From Octopus sinensis (taxonomy: Eukaryota): a stretch of 64,000 bases of DNA. Where the stretch lies: positions 26,970,001-27,034,000 of the forward strand of contig NC_043002.1 of the NCBI RefSeq assembly GCF_006345805.1, given 5' to 3'. Of this stretch, positions 24,930 through 40,745 are shown one piece after another (the first letter of the stretch is position 1; each line of letters opens with the position of its first letter). The translations under genes were made by a program, and so were the position numbers. The notes below the pieces were generated by a model that worked only from the letters and a program-made list of their open reading frames with translations, had not been told where the DNA came from and searched no databases.

Positions 24930-25690
24930 AAGATCCAATCTCAGAAGAGATAAATACTGCTATTAAAATATTTCCAATGGTAAAGCTCCTGGACAAGATT
25001 GTATTCCCTTAGAAGTGTACAAGCATGGTGGTAGACAACTTGTAAGAAATGCTGCAAGCGTGATTCTTAGCCGCAACAGTAAGAATGTATAAACAGAATA
25101 TGTCCTAAACCCCAACGTAGAGAAGCTAGGGAGAGGCACAGTTGTTATGAGGTAAGTTGAAGAGAAGTCACGTGAATAAAATGCTGATTTATACATGGTC
25201 TTTGTCGACTTGGCCAATGCATTTGTTAGTGGATCGTGAGGTGCTTTGGAAAATTTTGGTAAAATTTGGTTTTCCTGATAAATGATAAAGACAATATTGT
25301 CGTTGCACGAAAGAACGATAGCAACAGTGATATCCAATTGACGATGTTCAGCGGTATCTTCTGTTTCCAGTGTAACTAAATAGCGCTGTTCTATCTTAAG
25401 TACTGGGTGTTATTCTTTTCGAAGTTGCTCTAACATGCTTCTTTATGTTACTATGAAGGTGTAAAATTCCAGTTTCGCACACACGGAGGTCTACCAAACT
25501 TAAATGGGCAATGTTTCAGATCAAAGAAGGAGTTAAAAAAAAAGGTTTTCTATCCGATATTCTGCCCCCTTACGATTGCGCGTTGATTTCTCACACATTC
25601 GAAGGACTTCAGGAAATAATTCACAAGTTAGCTGCAACAACTCATGAATTTGGAATGATCATCAGTATTAAGACGAGTGAAGTTTTATTC
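24930..25690 (+). mobile_element. Decayed RTE-clade LINE RT region
   Basis: Frameshifted motifs EEINTAIK, NGKAPGQDCIPLEVYKHGG, LYMVFVDLANAF, KILVKFG, YDCALISHTFEGLQEIIHKLAATTHEFGMIISIKTSEV. Confidence 0.8.
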
Positions 25691-25705
25691 CATAATAATA
25701 ATAAC

Positions 25706-25830
<125 letters not shown>

Positions 25831-25968
25831 GGCCTGAAATCTAGGGGACTAGCCGATTACATCGACCCCAATGTACTTAAATTATTGATCCCGAAAAGAT
25901 GAAAAGCAAAGTCGAACCCGGCGGATTTTGAACTCAGAATGTTGCGTTAAGCATTTGGTCTGGCGCGC
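25831..25968 (-). mobile_element. Short tRNA-derived SINE (second family)
   Basis: Same TTCTGAGTTCAAAATCCGCC...GGGATCAATAA body on the minus strand. Confidence 0.7.
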
Positions 25969-26008
25969 TAATAATAATAACAACAACAACAACAACAACA
26001 ACAACAAT

Positions 26009-26066
<58 letters not shown>

Positions 26067-26521
26067 GTAATGATAATTCCATTAATTTACCACCAGTGCG
26101 AAGAATGAGGGTGACAACACAAAACAGACATAAAGTGTGGGTTTTTAATATAATGAAATGATAGAATAAATAAATTATAATAATAAAAAAGGTTAAGTAT
26201 ACACGGGACACAGCGAAAAGAATGGGAAATATACATAGTACACAAAGGTTAACAAAAAACGTGGGTGACAGAGATGTAATCCTCCTGATTCAAGATGACC
26301 TCAAGGGAAAATCTAGAAATTCCACAACCGAAAATCTCCTTGAACACCAACGGCCTGTGCCCTCTGCAATTCTCTTTCTCCGAGTTACATGTCTACACAT
26401 AGTGAGGTACCACCCACTCATGCCATTTTCGCAATAAAAAATCATAATGATAAGAGACACAAGGCCTGAATATATTTTTTTTAGGCGTGGCTTTTCGATT
26501 ACATTCACTCCAGTGCTCAAC

Positions 26522-26927
26522 TGGAAGGAGAAGAAGAAGAAGAAGAAGAAGAAGAAGAGAAGAAGAAGAAGAGGAGGAGGAGGAGGAGAGGAAGAAGAAG
26601 AAGAGGAGGAGGATAAGGAGGAAGAAGAAAGAAGAAGAAGAAGAAGAAGAAAAAGAAAAAGAGGAAGAGGAGGAGGGGGAGGAGGAGGAGGATGAAGAGG
26701 AAGAGGAGGAGGAGGAGGAGGAGGAGGAGGATGAAGAGGAAGAGGAGAAGAAGAAGAAGAAGAGAAGAAGAAGAAGAGAGGAGGATAAGGAGGAAGAAGA
26801 AGAAGAAGAAGAAGAAGAAGAAGAGGAGGATAAGGAGGAAGAAGAAGAGAAGAAGAAGAAGAAGAAGAAGAAGAAGAAGAAGAAGAAGAAGAAGAAGAAG
26901 AAGAAGAAGAAGAAGAAGAAGAAGAAG

Positions 26928-26957
<30 letters not shown>
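26522..26957. repeat. ~435-bp polypurine (GAA/GGA)n tract
   Basis: Read directly. GAGGAGGATAAGGAGGAAGAAGAA occurs three times. Confidence 0.97.
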
Positions 26958-26958
<1 letters not shown>

Positions 26959-28008
26959 GCTGTTTACTTCTGATTACGGCACAAGTCTACCCAGAAGCGG
27001 TGTTCGCTGATATGTGCCCCGGTACTTGACTGGTGCTTTATTTTATTGACTACGAAAGATTAAACGGTAAAGTTGGCCAATGTGAGATTTCGAAATCAAT
27101 ATATGCACAATGTGACATATATGTCTCGAAGAAAGAGTCGATTATATCGACATCAGATATAGACCTTTACATACTCTATCGAACCACTAATGATAATACT
27201 AATTACTATCATTACCGATTTAGCCAGTCATGATTTTCGCTTTTATTCCCTGGTTTATATTTCACTATGAATAATATACAGCTGTCGGTTAAATTCTTGC
27301 TATGTCGGCACGTGGCAATATAAATACGCTAACGCTCTCTCTGATAACCCTCGCGGCCGCTGCCACCACCATCATAACCATCATCACTACTACCACCATA
27401 ATCATCATCAACAAAATACCACCAATACCAGCGCCAGCACCTCCTCTTTCTTTACGTCGGCATTTTCCTCATCTGTCTTCCCACAATCAAAGTCATCATC
27501 ATTAATAATACCTACAACCATATTCCTCATCAATCTTTATCCGTTGGCGTCTTGGGCGTCGGCATCATCGTCCCCGTCGTCATCATGTTCCCCACCACCA
27601 TTACCATCATCGCCATCATTACCGTCATTATCATCAGCAGCAGCATCATCAACAATATCATCATCGCTATCACTATCATCTATTTCATCATCATAATCAT
27701 TTCCATCATCACCATCACCATAGTTATAATCATCAAGGTCGTCGTTGCGGCGTCGTTGTCGTCACCATGTTTCTTATACACAACATCAGTATCGGATCTG
27801 TTTTATCGTGGTTATATTTCCTCGTATCGTTAATCGCTACATCATTATTTCAACACAGGAGATCGTTATCAGGAGGCATATTTTCTTTCCTTTGTCCGAA
27901 TTCTGATTTCTATTCAGACATGAAATGTTCGATGATATTTCATAATTTGATTATTTCATTTCTTGGATATAGTGGGACTGTTTGTGTGAGAATCAGAAAG
28001 AGAGACAG

Positions 28009-29442
<1,434 letters not shown>

Positions 29443-29559
29443 TGATTACCATCATCGCCGTCGTCCTTGTTATCGTCGTTATCATCGTTAACGTCGCTGT
29501 TGTTCTTTCCGAGACGGTTACGTACAATAATTGTCTACGTCGTCGACGGCCTGCCACTC

Positions 29560-30900
29560 CTCTGCAAAAGGTCACTACTGACAACTGAAATACGGGGACT
29601 AATGTGTGCTTGCGCAGTGGATAAACCGCCAGTAAATCTCTGGCCTATGAGCTTTATGTTTATATACCAAACTTGTGTTGTGACCTCTCGGCAGACGTCA
29701 GCTGCGTCTAGCTGCAGACTAGAATCCCCACGTCTATGCACCGAGACATTCAATTTTAAAAACGGAGGCCAAAAGATGGAATGTCGTAGATACTTTCCAG
29801 CCCATAATCCTGATAAATGCATAATTTATGATTTCGACGAAAGTGTCAGTACGGTGATCGGCACTTGTCGTTAGAGGCTGGGTCGTATCTATGCATAGTA
29901 GCACTTGCTTGTTGGGAGGCGGGTGAAGTAAATCGGGATATGTGAATGACATCACTGCAATGGTTTCGGACACCACGGACGGAGAATTAGTTAGAAGTCC
30001 TTTCTAATAGATAGAAGGTCATGTACGAGTTAATATAAATCTGGACATATCTGCGGCTTTGTGGGTCGGAACACCATCCTAGGTTGTTCAACAGAGAACC
30101 TATTTAAAATCCTTTGGATCCAGTTGAGCCCTGATCTCCAAGTGGCTAGAAACTGGGACGACGCTATATGCAAGGTGACAGTCTCAATGAGAAATCTGCT
30201 GAGAATAAGCGGTGTTTTAAATGTCGAGCAGAGGTGGCGAATGCCGACATAACCTCCGTCATAACTTACCGACTCATCTTAGTGCGTTGTCCAGGCCTTG
30301 CTTGGCTAGACCGGTTGCCCTATGAATGTAGGCTTTGCGTGGCTCCGCGGCATATAACCAAGCACACACTGAAGCTGCCTCGACGACAGATTTTTCCGGA
30401 CGTTGAGCAGGTTCGGTTTGAGTTAGTAACACTTATTTTCCGGATAACATCTCTTTGACGAGACTTCAATCCTGGGTTGAGGAAAAAAATTCATATTGGG
30501 CACCTAACACCTGGAATGTCTTGAGGAACTCATGGGAGAAATGCCTTTTGTAATAGTTCCATATTCTTGGTCTGGCAGTAATACCAAGATCAATAAGTAA
30601 TACAAAGATCAAATAATTTCAGCAGTCACAGAAGTGCCACCAAGCGGAGCTATTTGAGATAGGTGTAGAAAGGGGAAACCATACTGCTTGCATCCGTGTT
30701 GTGTCGGAGCATTTTTGAGATGTAAAATGCTGTCGAACAGCAACTGTCGCATATAGGACCATGGGACTCTTGGCCGAATCTATCGTGAGAATCACTCTAC
30801 CACATGCGTTTAAGAAGACGAAGCAGACGTACTTTCTGTCTGTGGAGGCTATGGGGAAAGAGCTTGTGCAGTGATTACGATATAAAGAACTGAAACATAT
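29560..30900 (+). mobile_element. Probable 5' region (UTR plus start of APE domain) of an old RTE-like LINE
   Basis: GC-richer than the flanks. Broken ILGT..WNV motif at ~30495-30520 and YSWSG at ~30563, as expected at the start of an RTE APE endonuclease. Confidence 0.4.
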
Positions 30901-31426
30901 ACGTCCCTATCCGACACAACTCTCGCCGGTCTTTTCAAATTCGACATTGGATGGAAATAAAGATAAAGAGAGTACTGCTCTTCCTCAGTGAGTTTATCAA
31001 AAAATGGGTCACTGAGACAAAACTTGATGGAGTGAATGGGAATATTCTAAGCATGTCTCTATAAATTAGAAAACACGATCGCTTGTCCCCTTGGTGTTGA
31101 GGCTGAGTCTGGCTCTGGAATATTTTGGTTGGTCCTAGTATCAGTAGGAGTGTATGACATGCGTCATTCTATATTTTGTGTGGTGTGTATTCATTGCATC
31201 TAATGTCATCCTTCCATCCCCCTTCTTTTCTTTTTCATTGAAATCTCCGATCAATTGAATTGTATGGTGTTTTTTTGTAATGTACTTCTCATGAGAAACC
31301 GTTCTTGCAAATGAAATAAATACTGCACTTAAACGATGAAATAGGTACCAGTTACGCACTGGGATCAATGTAATCGACTAAACCTCTCGCCCAGAATTCC
31401 AGGCCTAGTGTCTATAGTAGAAAGGA

Positions 31427-31722
31427 TTCTTCTTCTTCTTCTCCTTCTTCTTCTTCTTCTTCTTCTTCTTCTCTTCTTCTTTTCTTCTTCTTCTTCTTCT
31501 TCTTCTTCTTCTTCTTCTTCTACTTCTTCTACTTCTTCTTCTTCTTCTTCTTCTTCTTTTTCTTCTTCTTCTTCTTCTTCTTCTTCTTAGTAGTAGTCTT
31601 ATTTATATAACGTGCTTTAACTGCAATACCGAGCGCAGTACTGCAATACTGTGTGCCTTAGGTATGTACAGTGGTTTGCTGTGATGCTCTTATCCTCAAC
31701 TTCCCGATTGTTATTATTGGGT

Positions 31723-31795
<73 letters not shown>

Positions 31796-31879
31796 TGATG
31801 ATAATAATGATAATACTAATAATTATTATTATTATTATTACTATTATTATTATTGTTATTGTTGTTGTTGTTGTTGTTG

Positions 31880-31924
<45 letters not shown>

Positions 31925-31933
31925 TATTATTAT

Positions 31934-31997
<64 letters not shown>
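31427..31997. repeat. Compound (TTC)n, (TAA)n, (TTA)n, (TTG)n, (TAG)n arrays
   Basis: Read directly. Confidence 0.95.
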
Positions 31998-32008
31998 TTT
32001 ATTGCAGC

Positions 32009-32160
32009 TAGCTGGCGGAATTGTTAGGGCGCTGGAAGAAATGCATCTAAGCATCTCGTCCGTCTTTACGTTCTGAGTTCAAATTCCGCCCAGGTTAAAT
32101 TAGTCTTTCATCTACTCGGAGCGATACAATAGGTACCAGTCGATATAATAGTCTAACCCT
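32009..32160 (+). mobile_element. Short tRNA-derived SINE (second family)
   Basis: AGCTGGCGGAATTGTTAG box A region and TTCTGAGTTCAAATTCCGCC box B region. Confidence 0.75.
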
Positions 32161-33400
32161 CCTACCAAATTCAATAGTAGTAGTAGTGGTAATTGTGGTA
32201 GTAGATTATAAACAGGAATGACAAAAGCAAATACGTCACTAAAAGCGAAAATTATACTTCTGCAGCAACAGCAGCATTAGACGGTGATGCTGGCGACGAT
32301 GACAAGGAGAATATATTGATGATGATAGCAGTCAACTTTCTGACGAAGGTGATGATTGGTGGTGATGGCGGTGCTGCTTCTGATGATGATGGCGATGATG
32401 ATGATGATGACGACGACGACAATGACGGCAATGATAGTCGTTCAGCCGACGGTTTGATTAACCACATTGCAAAGTTGCCTGACAGCTCAGCAAAATATCC
32501 ATTAGCCATCAGTGAAGACAGCATCAACCTAGAAAGAAAGAGGAAAAAAATAAATAAAGCAAAACAAAACACATATAAAATTAAGTAAAAAATAAATGAA
32601 TACATATAAAAAAAAATAAGTAAAAAAAATAAATTTAAAAAGTACAAATAATAACCAAACAGAAAATAACGAAGAAAATCAATGTGAATAACAAATTAGG
32701 TAACTTACGTTTATTTTCTTTCTTTTGATTTTTTAGCGTGTTTAACTTAACATACCTTACGTATAATTAATGTTTTCAATAGCTGCTGAACCTCAAACCT
32801 ATGTAAACGTAAACAGCAACAGTTAGCATTACACAAATCATATGAGAATGATATATATATATTCAGATGGAAATAAAGTAAAATTTTCCTTCACAAAGGA
32901 AAACATTATTACCTAGACAAAAAATTATAGAAGACGAATGTAGGCTGTGCATTAGATTATATTTTTACATTTTCCTCTCTTTTACTAATTTCAGACTAAA
33001 TAACGACAGCCGTGCTGGGACGCCGTTATTGCTCTATGTAATAGTCGATGTCGTAAATAAAAATTTAAGGCATGGTGCTTGATTCCACAACCCACACGCC
33101 CACACATGCTCACACACACACACTCATACGTAGAGGCAAGACCAAAGATTACGAATATATATTATATAAGTATGTATACATATTTTCGTATGTTTATGCA
33201 TGTATCGAAGTACATAATAATATATATGTGTCTGTGTGAGTGGGTGTGGGTGTGTGGGTGTTTTGTGTGTGTGTGTGTATAATACGTATATTAATAATAA
33301 AACATATTACCTCCGGTATTCGAGTACTATTTTTTCCCACCTTGTTTCACATTTATGTGCTTACTCTGGTAGATATATATATATATATATAATATATATA

Positions 33401-33432
<32 letters not shown>

Positions 33433-33502
33433 GAGATACCACCATGCTGAAAATAGTAGCCATGATAGATCATGGCTGCTATTTTCAGCATGGTGGTATC
33501 TC
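33433..33502. repeat. Near-perfect 70-bp palindrome
   Basis: 34-nt arms, 33/34 complementary (the mismatch is a G-U pair on the plus strand), 2-nt spacer. Confidence 0.95.
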
Positions 33503-33572
33503 GTAGATACCCTAATTTATAATTTTAATAATTATATATATATATATATAATCCATTCTTGTTGCTTTTTTT

Positions 33573-33626
<54 letters not shown>

Positions 33627-34267
33627 ATATAAACATACATATATTTATACACATATATGTATGTGTGTATTTCCATGTGTGCGCGTATAATTATATACGT
33701 ATTCATATGCATATGTGTGTGTACACGTGCATTCACAAGCATCTAATATGTAATATAAATATAGTAAAGCAATGTGAAGAAACTATTACCAGAAGACAAC
33801 AAGTAGACATGTTACATCTCGTCAGCCATGGGGACCAGAATCAGTTTGATGCTGTCATATGTGAATCTAGAGGCAACTCTTCTTTGTGCCTTTGAACACA
33901 GGACATCTCTGTGTTGGTGTACATGCCAAAGACAGAAAACCCAAATACATGGCAACTATATATGAGAAAAGAAAAAGTTAAGAAAGACGATAGATCCATT
34001 AATGAGTGTCGAATTTCTACTAGTGCAAAGAGCAGAAAAAATAGAATACAACGAAAATGCTTGTGCGAGTGAGTGTACAGAAAACAGACATTTGTCATAG
34101 CAGGAGCTTCATGGATGAAAATTTTAGAGAGGTACAGAAAATAATCTAAATGTAAATATGATCACCTGATTCACAGAACAGATCGTAAATGAGAAGGATA
34201 TTTACAAACATCACAATATGAGTAGCCACCGCACTTTATAGACGCACACACACACGCACACTCATAC

Positions 34268-36856
34268 GTGTCAGTTACTAGCCCCTATTCAGGCACACAT
34301 TTACACATTCACACACTCCATTCTCACATACATACTCATGCAAAGGCACCTTCATTTGGGATCATCAGCACTTTGTTATCTCACTTTCTTTCAACCTCTC
34401 CTTTTGAACGTTTTACTATTCACTTGCCATGCTGGACCACTATATTTACAAGTTTTTTTCATTCTCGCTTGGTTTATTTCCTCTTATTCCTTTCTACTGA
34501 AGAGTGTAGGCTCGAAACGTAAAAGACTTTTTCATTTTCCTGAGCATCAAACTAATATACCTCCTTGTTCATACGCTTGTCTTCGTCTTTTTTTTTTTTT
34601 AATAAATTTCAATTATATATTATACGTTCACGTGGTCACCCCACTTTTATCCTGCCTTAACCTCTTACTCTTTGGACATGCATATCCTCATCTAAATACT
34701 AGCACTCCATCCGGATTACCACTGTATGTACTGATTCTAATTTCACGGGTTTGACTGGATTTTTTCGTTAATGTAAATCGCGCCGATCTATCATGACGCT
34801 TGAACTTTTTGAACTCTGATCTCTTTAAACTTTCTGAACTTTCATACTCAGTACCGTATGTAAACATTTTGCCTTTCTCTCTCCTTTTCTTTTTTTCTTC
34901 TCTTTTTCTCTGCTTTTCTCCTTTTTTTCTTCTCTTCATGTCTTTTGAACTTTTTGAACATTCATACTCCGTACCTTATTATTTTGCCTTTCTCATCCAT
35001 TTTCTTTTTTCTCCTTTTCCCATCATATCTAATTACAAATCCTTCCTCCACCACCTTCACCACCGCCTAAAGAAACACCTTTCTACGCTTCCTTTCCGCT
35101 GCTTTCAACCTTCTACTAATCTTTTTCTACTGATTTTCAAAAGAACATGCTTCTGTAGTCATGTTTCTTTCTGAGTTGCTGCCTTCACCACCACCTTATC
35201 TCAAAAAGGTTCCGCCCCCATTTCCACCCCACTTTCCATCCTCCTCTCTCTCCTCTTAGCCTTCCAGTGCCTCCACCACCCTCCAACATCTAACTCATGC
35301 ACCTTCTCCCCACTTCAGTCTGCTGTTACCATCCATCCTGATCTTCCATTCTCTGAAGCGGAGCGCTCTCTTCTAAGAATGGTTCTGCGCTTCTTCCTCC
35401 TCACTCCATCCAGTAATGAATTTCAGATACGCGCTGATATTCGTAGCTTTGTTCGCAGCATCAGGCTATATGCACTATTACACAGCACTCCACTTGCATC
35501 TAATGAAGAAGTCTACTTCACCGACTTGGGCCGCCAACCATCCCACTGGACGCCAGCTCCAGGCCAGCTCCAAGCAGTTGATCATTTTGCAAGCATCTGT
35601 TAACGTGTTGTGGACCGGTTCGACTTTCTTAAGCGTCCTCGCCATTTCAACATCTCCCCAGCCGACGCCTCAAAAGTATCATCATAAAACTGGATGAACA
35701 GGGTAGAGCCGTGGTGGTGTGACATGCAGACATCTACAAGGCTGAAGCTCTATGTCAACTTCGAGACACCTCCTTCTATTGCCCTCGGTCCTCCAGCCCC
35801 ACGTCTGACTACCAATAGACTGTGTCCTCCACTATCCATGATCTCCTCATTTCCTCCGCCCGTCCTCTTCCCAGCGCCTCCAACCACATTGTCCGTACTC
35901 TTTCTACTTCCCTTCTGGCTCCTCTAAACTTCTCTTCCCTCTTGATATCAAGTGTTTATATACGGTGATCCCACACAATCTAGGATTTCTTGCACTCAAG
36001 CATTTTCTGGAACTTCGACCTAACCCCCAACCTGACACCTCTAAAGTACTATGTCGGGCCTAACTTGTTCTCGCCTTCACCTGCTTCTCGTTCGCGGTGC
36101 AGTTTTACCAACAAGTCTCGGCAGTGGGTCCCAACTATGCGAACATGTTCGTTGGCTATGCTGAGGCCCAAATATTCTCACGATTCACTCCTGAAATATG
36201 CGGTCGTTATATCGATGATTGTATCGGCGTGACATCACTCTCCCTCGAAAAACTAGACTCCTCCCTCTCTTTTGTCCAATCCTTCCATCCTGCCCTCGAA
36301 TTCTCCTGCACTATTTCTAATTCTTCCGTCGAATTTCTCGAAATTTCTGTCAGTATACACCACTCCGATATCCCGACCTCTATCTACAACAAACACACCG
36401 ACTCACCCTCCTACCTTAACTTTTCCACCTCCAACCCTATCTACACCAAGCTCTCCATCCAATACTACCAGTTCGTCTGTTTGCGCAGTTCCTCTGTCTC
36501 AACTCGTGTCTCGCCGCTTCACATTTCTGGGATATCCCCTCACCACTATCCACACTGTCCTTGCCAGAGCACGTTCCGTGAACCTTTCCCTTGCTCTTTC
36601 TCTCCACACCCGTTGCTCGTCTCCCGTTTCCCCACCTATAACCCTTCCACCCTGCCCCTCTAACGCAACTTTCTTCGAGCTTCAGGAGACTCCATTTCGA
36701 CCCCTCCAACTCGCATATCTTCCCCAACCTACGCCTTCCCTCCTTCAAACGAACCCATAAACTGCGTGTAGACTTTCTGGTCCATAGTTTATTCTTATCT
36801 CCCAGCCTGGATCGTTCCTCTGCTCCCACCCACGCTGCCGTACTTGCCCCTACCTC
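34268..36856 (+). mobile_element. Penelope-like element: 5' pseudo-LTR plus decayed RT, truncated before GIY-YIG
   Basis: pLTR with hammerhead motif at 34490-34525. Motifs: ERSLLRMVLRF..TPSSNEFQIRADIRSF, IIIKLDEQGRAVVV.HADIYKAEALCQLRDTSFY, GPNYANMFVG, GRYIDDCIG, FVQSFHPALEFS, TSIYNKHTDSPSYL, and the linker CSHPRCRTCPYL at the end. Confidence 0.9.
34490..34525 (+). ncRNA. Minimal hammerhead ribozyme motif, core mutated
   Basis: CTTT-CTACTGA-A-GAGT-GTAG-GCTC-GAAAC-GTA-AAAG. Stems I and II are intact; the core deviates from CUGANGA at two positions. Confidence 0.5.
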
Positions 36857-36876
36857 AAGGTAGTCAATTCTTTGAC

Positions 36877-37220
36877 AATATTATTCTTATTGTCATTATT
36901 ATGAAAGCCTCTCGGTTAGTTCTTAATTACTGTTTATTCATTACTTGAAAACAAGCAACAACAAATCAGCAAATGTTTCAAGTACTGCCTTCTCCTGTAA
37001 CTCAAAGAGACAATACTCTCTTTAGAATGTGAGCTATACCCAACAATGCTGTCTTCTGGATCACCTCGATTCTAACAACAGCTCCAATATTCTTAATATG
37101 TTTTTCAAAGCCTTTAGAAACTGCTCCGAATGCTCCAATTACCACCGGTATCACCATTACTTTCTTCGTGCCCCATAAATTTCCTATCTCATCCTGCAGT
37201 GGCGGGTATTTCCTTTCCTT
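36877..37220 (-). mobile_element. 3' end of another RLE non-LTR family (5'-truncated)
   Basis: Minus strand 37219-37002 reads ERKYPPLQDEIGNLWGTKKVMVIPVVIGAFGAVSKGFEKHIKNIG...IQKTALLGIAHILKRVLSL*, homologous to the copy 1 C-terminus. A 3' UTR follows, ending in an AAT-rich tail. Confidence 0.8.
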
Positions 37221-37899
37221 CTTTCTTTCTTTCTTATTTTGTGTATGATGAATTTCTTCTCCGGAGATGCTGGATATATTTCGGCTGAAACTACTTGAAG
37301 AAATCAGCTATATGTAGACACAGCCTGTTAGAAATAGCAGTCGTATCCCAGTCTACTTTTTTCAGGAAATGTAAAATAAATTTAAATAAGTGAAGCAGAA
37401 AAGTCGAACAAAAGAAACAAAGAGAAAAAAATCTCCTGAGACATTTTCTTCACTCCTCTTCTCGTTTGCCTAACAAAATGTTCATTTAGAAAAAAAATAA
37501 AGTTCAAAACAGTAATACAAGAAACAAGAAAACAAGAAAGCCAACCTCCATCTTTCAAGAACTTCTTTAAATTTTATAGATAGTCTACACCACCGTGCGT
37601 CATGCCCACCGCCTTTATTAATGGTAAACAAACATCAGCCATGTTTTGGAAACGCATAACAGCAGTTGATGAATTGAGTTGATGAATAGAAAAAAAAAAA
37701 ATAAGCAAGAAATATGGTATTCGCTTTTCAAAGTAACCTAAACGCATGAGAAACATTCTTTATCATTCTTTGTAATTTGTAGTCCAAAACTGTCAAGACA
37801 TTTATTTTATTATTTTTTTCCACTCGGTTCCGGTTGCTTTTATAAAGAGCAAACGTGTCGACAAACACATCATACTGTTTGTGATGATCATGAACATTA

Positions 37900-39070
<1,171 letters not shown>

Positions 39071-39773
39071 AGTTATAGGTGTCCTAATTTTTTTATATCA
39101 ATGCTACGATTTCATTAAGTTATTACATATATATTTTTGTATTGTGATGCCGTTTTATTTTAATTTTAAGTTGTTTTATATATTTATTTGTAATTTATCT
39201 TGTAGAATTGTAAATGCAGTTTATTGTCATTAAAATTCCGCTCATGAAATCTGATAGAAAACTCTAACTAGTGTTCGTTTTATTTTACTTTGTCTTTCTT
39301 TCTACTTTTTTTTTCCTTGCTGGGAAACTTGGGAAAATAATTTATGAGTCATGCAAACTTTATCAACGTTTGTAAAATCATTTCTTCTCCCTTTCGTCAT
39401 GATAAATGTATTTCCTACAATTACAATAACAATACCAAGGACAACAAAAAAGCATTATTATATTTTTAATCCGAATACATCCAGCATCTCCGGAGAAGAA
39501 ATTCATCATACACAAAATAAGAAAAAAAAGAAAGAAGGAAAGAAAAATAAAGAATGAAAGAAAGAATAACATCCTGAAAAATTTCATTCCAACATATTAA
39601 GAATTATATAGGATCTTACTTTTGATTTTCCGATAATTCTTCGATATTACTATAATATCCTCCCACACGAAAGAGCAATCTATTGTTAGACAGCTACTGT
39701 GCAGAGTCCTTGGCGTGTATTTGTATGTATTATGTATGTATGTGTGTATGTATGTATGAATGCATGTGTGGGA

Positions 39774-39814
<41 letters not shown>

Positions 39815-40178
39815 TACACATACACATATATGTGTGTGTGTGTCTGTGAGTATGCATGTATGTATGTGTATGTATTTATGCATGTATACATCCATCTTTG
39901 TATCGCTTAAGACTTCCGTGTCGAAATTACATAGTTTTCCGTCCCTTTAAGCCAAAAATTGATTTAGTCACTCCTGAAATAATATTCGATACATTAAGTA
40001 GGAGATTAAATGCTAGGGTCGATACAATCGACTTAAAGACAGTGCTACATCATGGGCGGAGATCAACGACAGAAACTAGTAAATTGATTTAAAGGTTTAC
40101 TGAATATTATATCAATGATTGTGTTCCTTTGTAAGTTTCAAATATTGTATGATGAACTATTAAGATTAAAACTTTAAA

Positions 40179-40554
40179 CTATGGATTCCCAAACGTTATT
40201 TATCTCTGGACCCTTTGATTATTATTTTGTTCTGATGAACCCCCACCTCCATAGCGATTCATTGTTTAAAATCTAGTTTTATAAAAACTTTTAAAATTTC
40301 TAATTTGTTCTTCACACATACACTTGTTTAGATTCCGCTACTTAAAATTTTAGAGAAAAATACCTGTTTCTTGCAATACATAGCAATACATGAATCTAAC
40401 TAAATACATACGACTAAATCAAAATTTTCTCAGGAGCCCTTAAAAAATATTTGTTGATATCCAATTTTAATATTTTGTTGAATGGACCCGCTACCTTCCC
40501 CCACTAAAAATATAGACCCCCTGGGGCCATACATAACCCGGTTGAGAACCACTA
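40179..40554. mobile_element. Possible hAT-type MITE
   Basis: Right end GGTTGAGAACCACTA is the reverse complement of a (C/T)AGTGGTTCTCAACC hAT-type TIR. The left end CTATGGATTCCCAAAC is a degenerate partner. Confidence 0.4.
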
Positions 40555-40745
40555 TTTTAATCTATCTAATTAGGAGAGTTGTTGAAGCGTCGAACACAAT
40601 ACTTAGCGGACTGCTTTCTCTATCTCACCTTTCTGCGTGCAGTTTCTCCAGTTTATCTCTTTGGCGTCGATACATAAAAAGCTATTGTTAGTACTTAGGT
40701 ACACTAATATTTTTTTCTGTCTATATTTCTCTCTTTGAGTACTTA

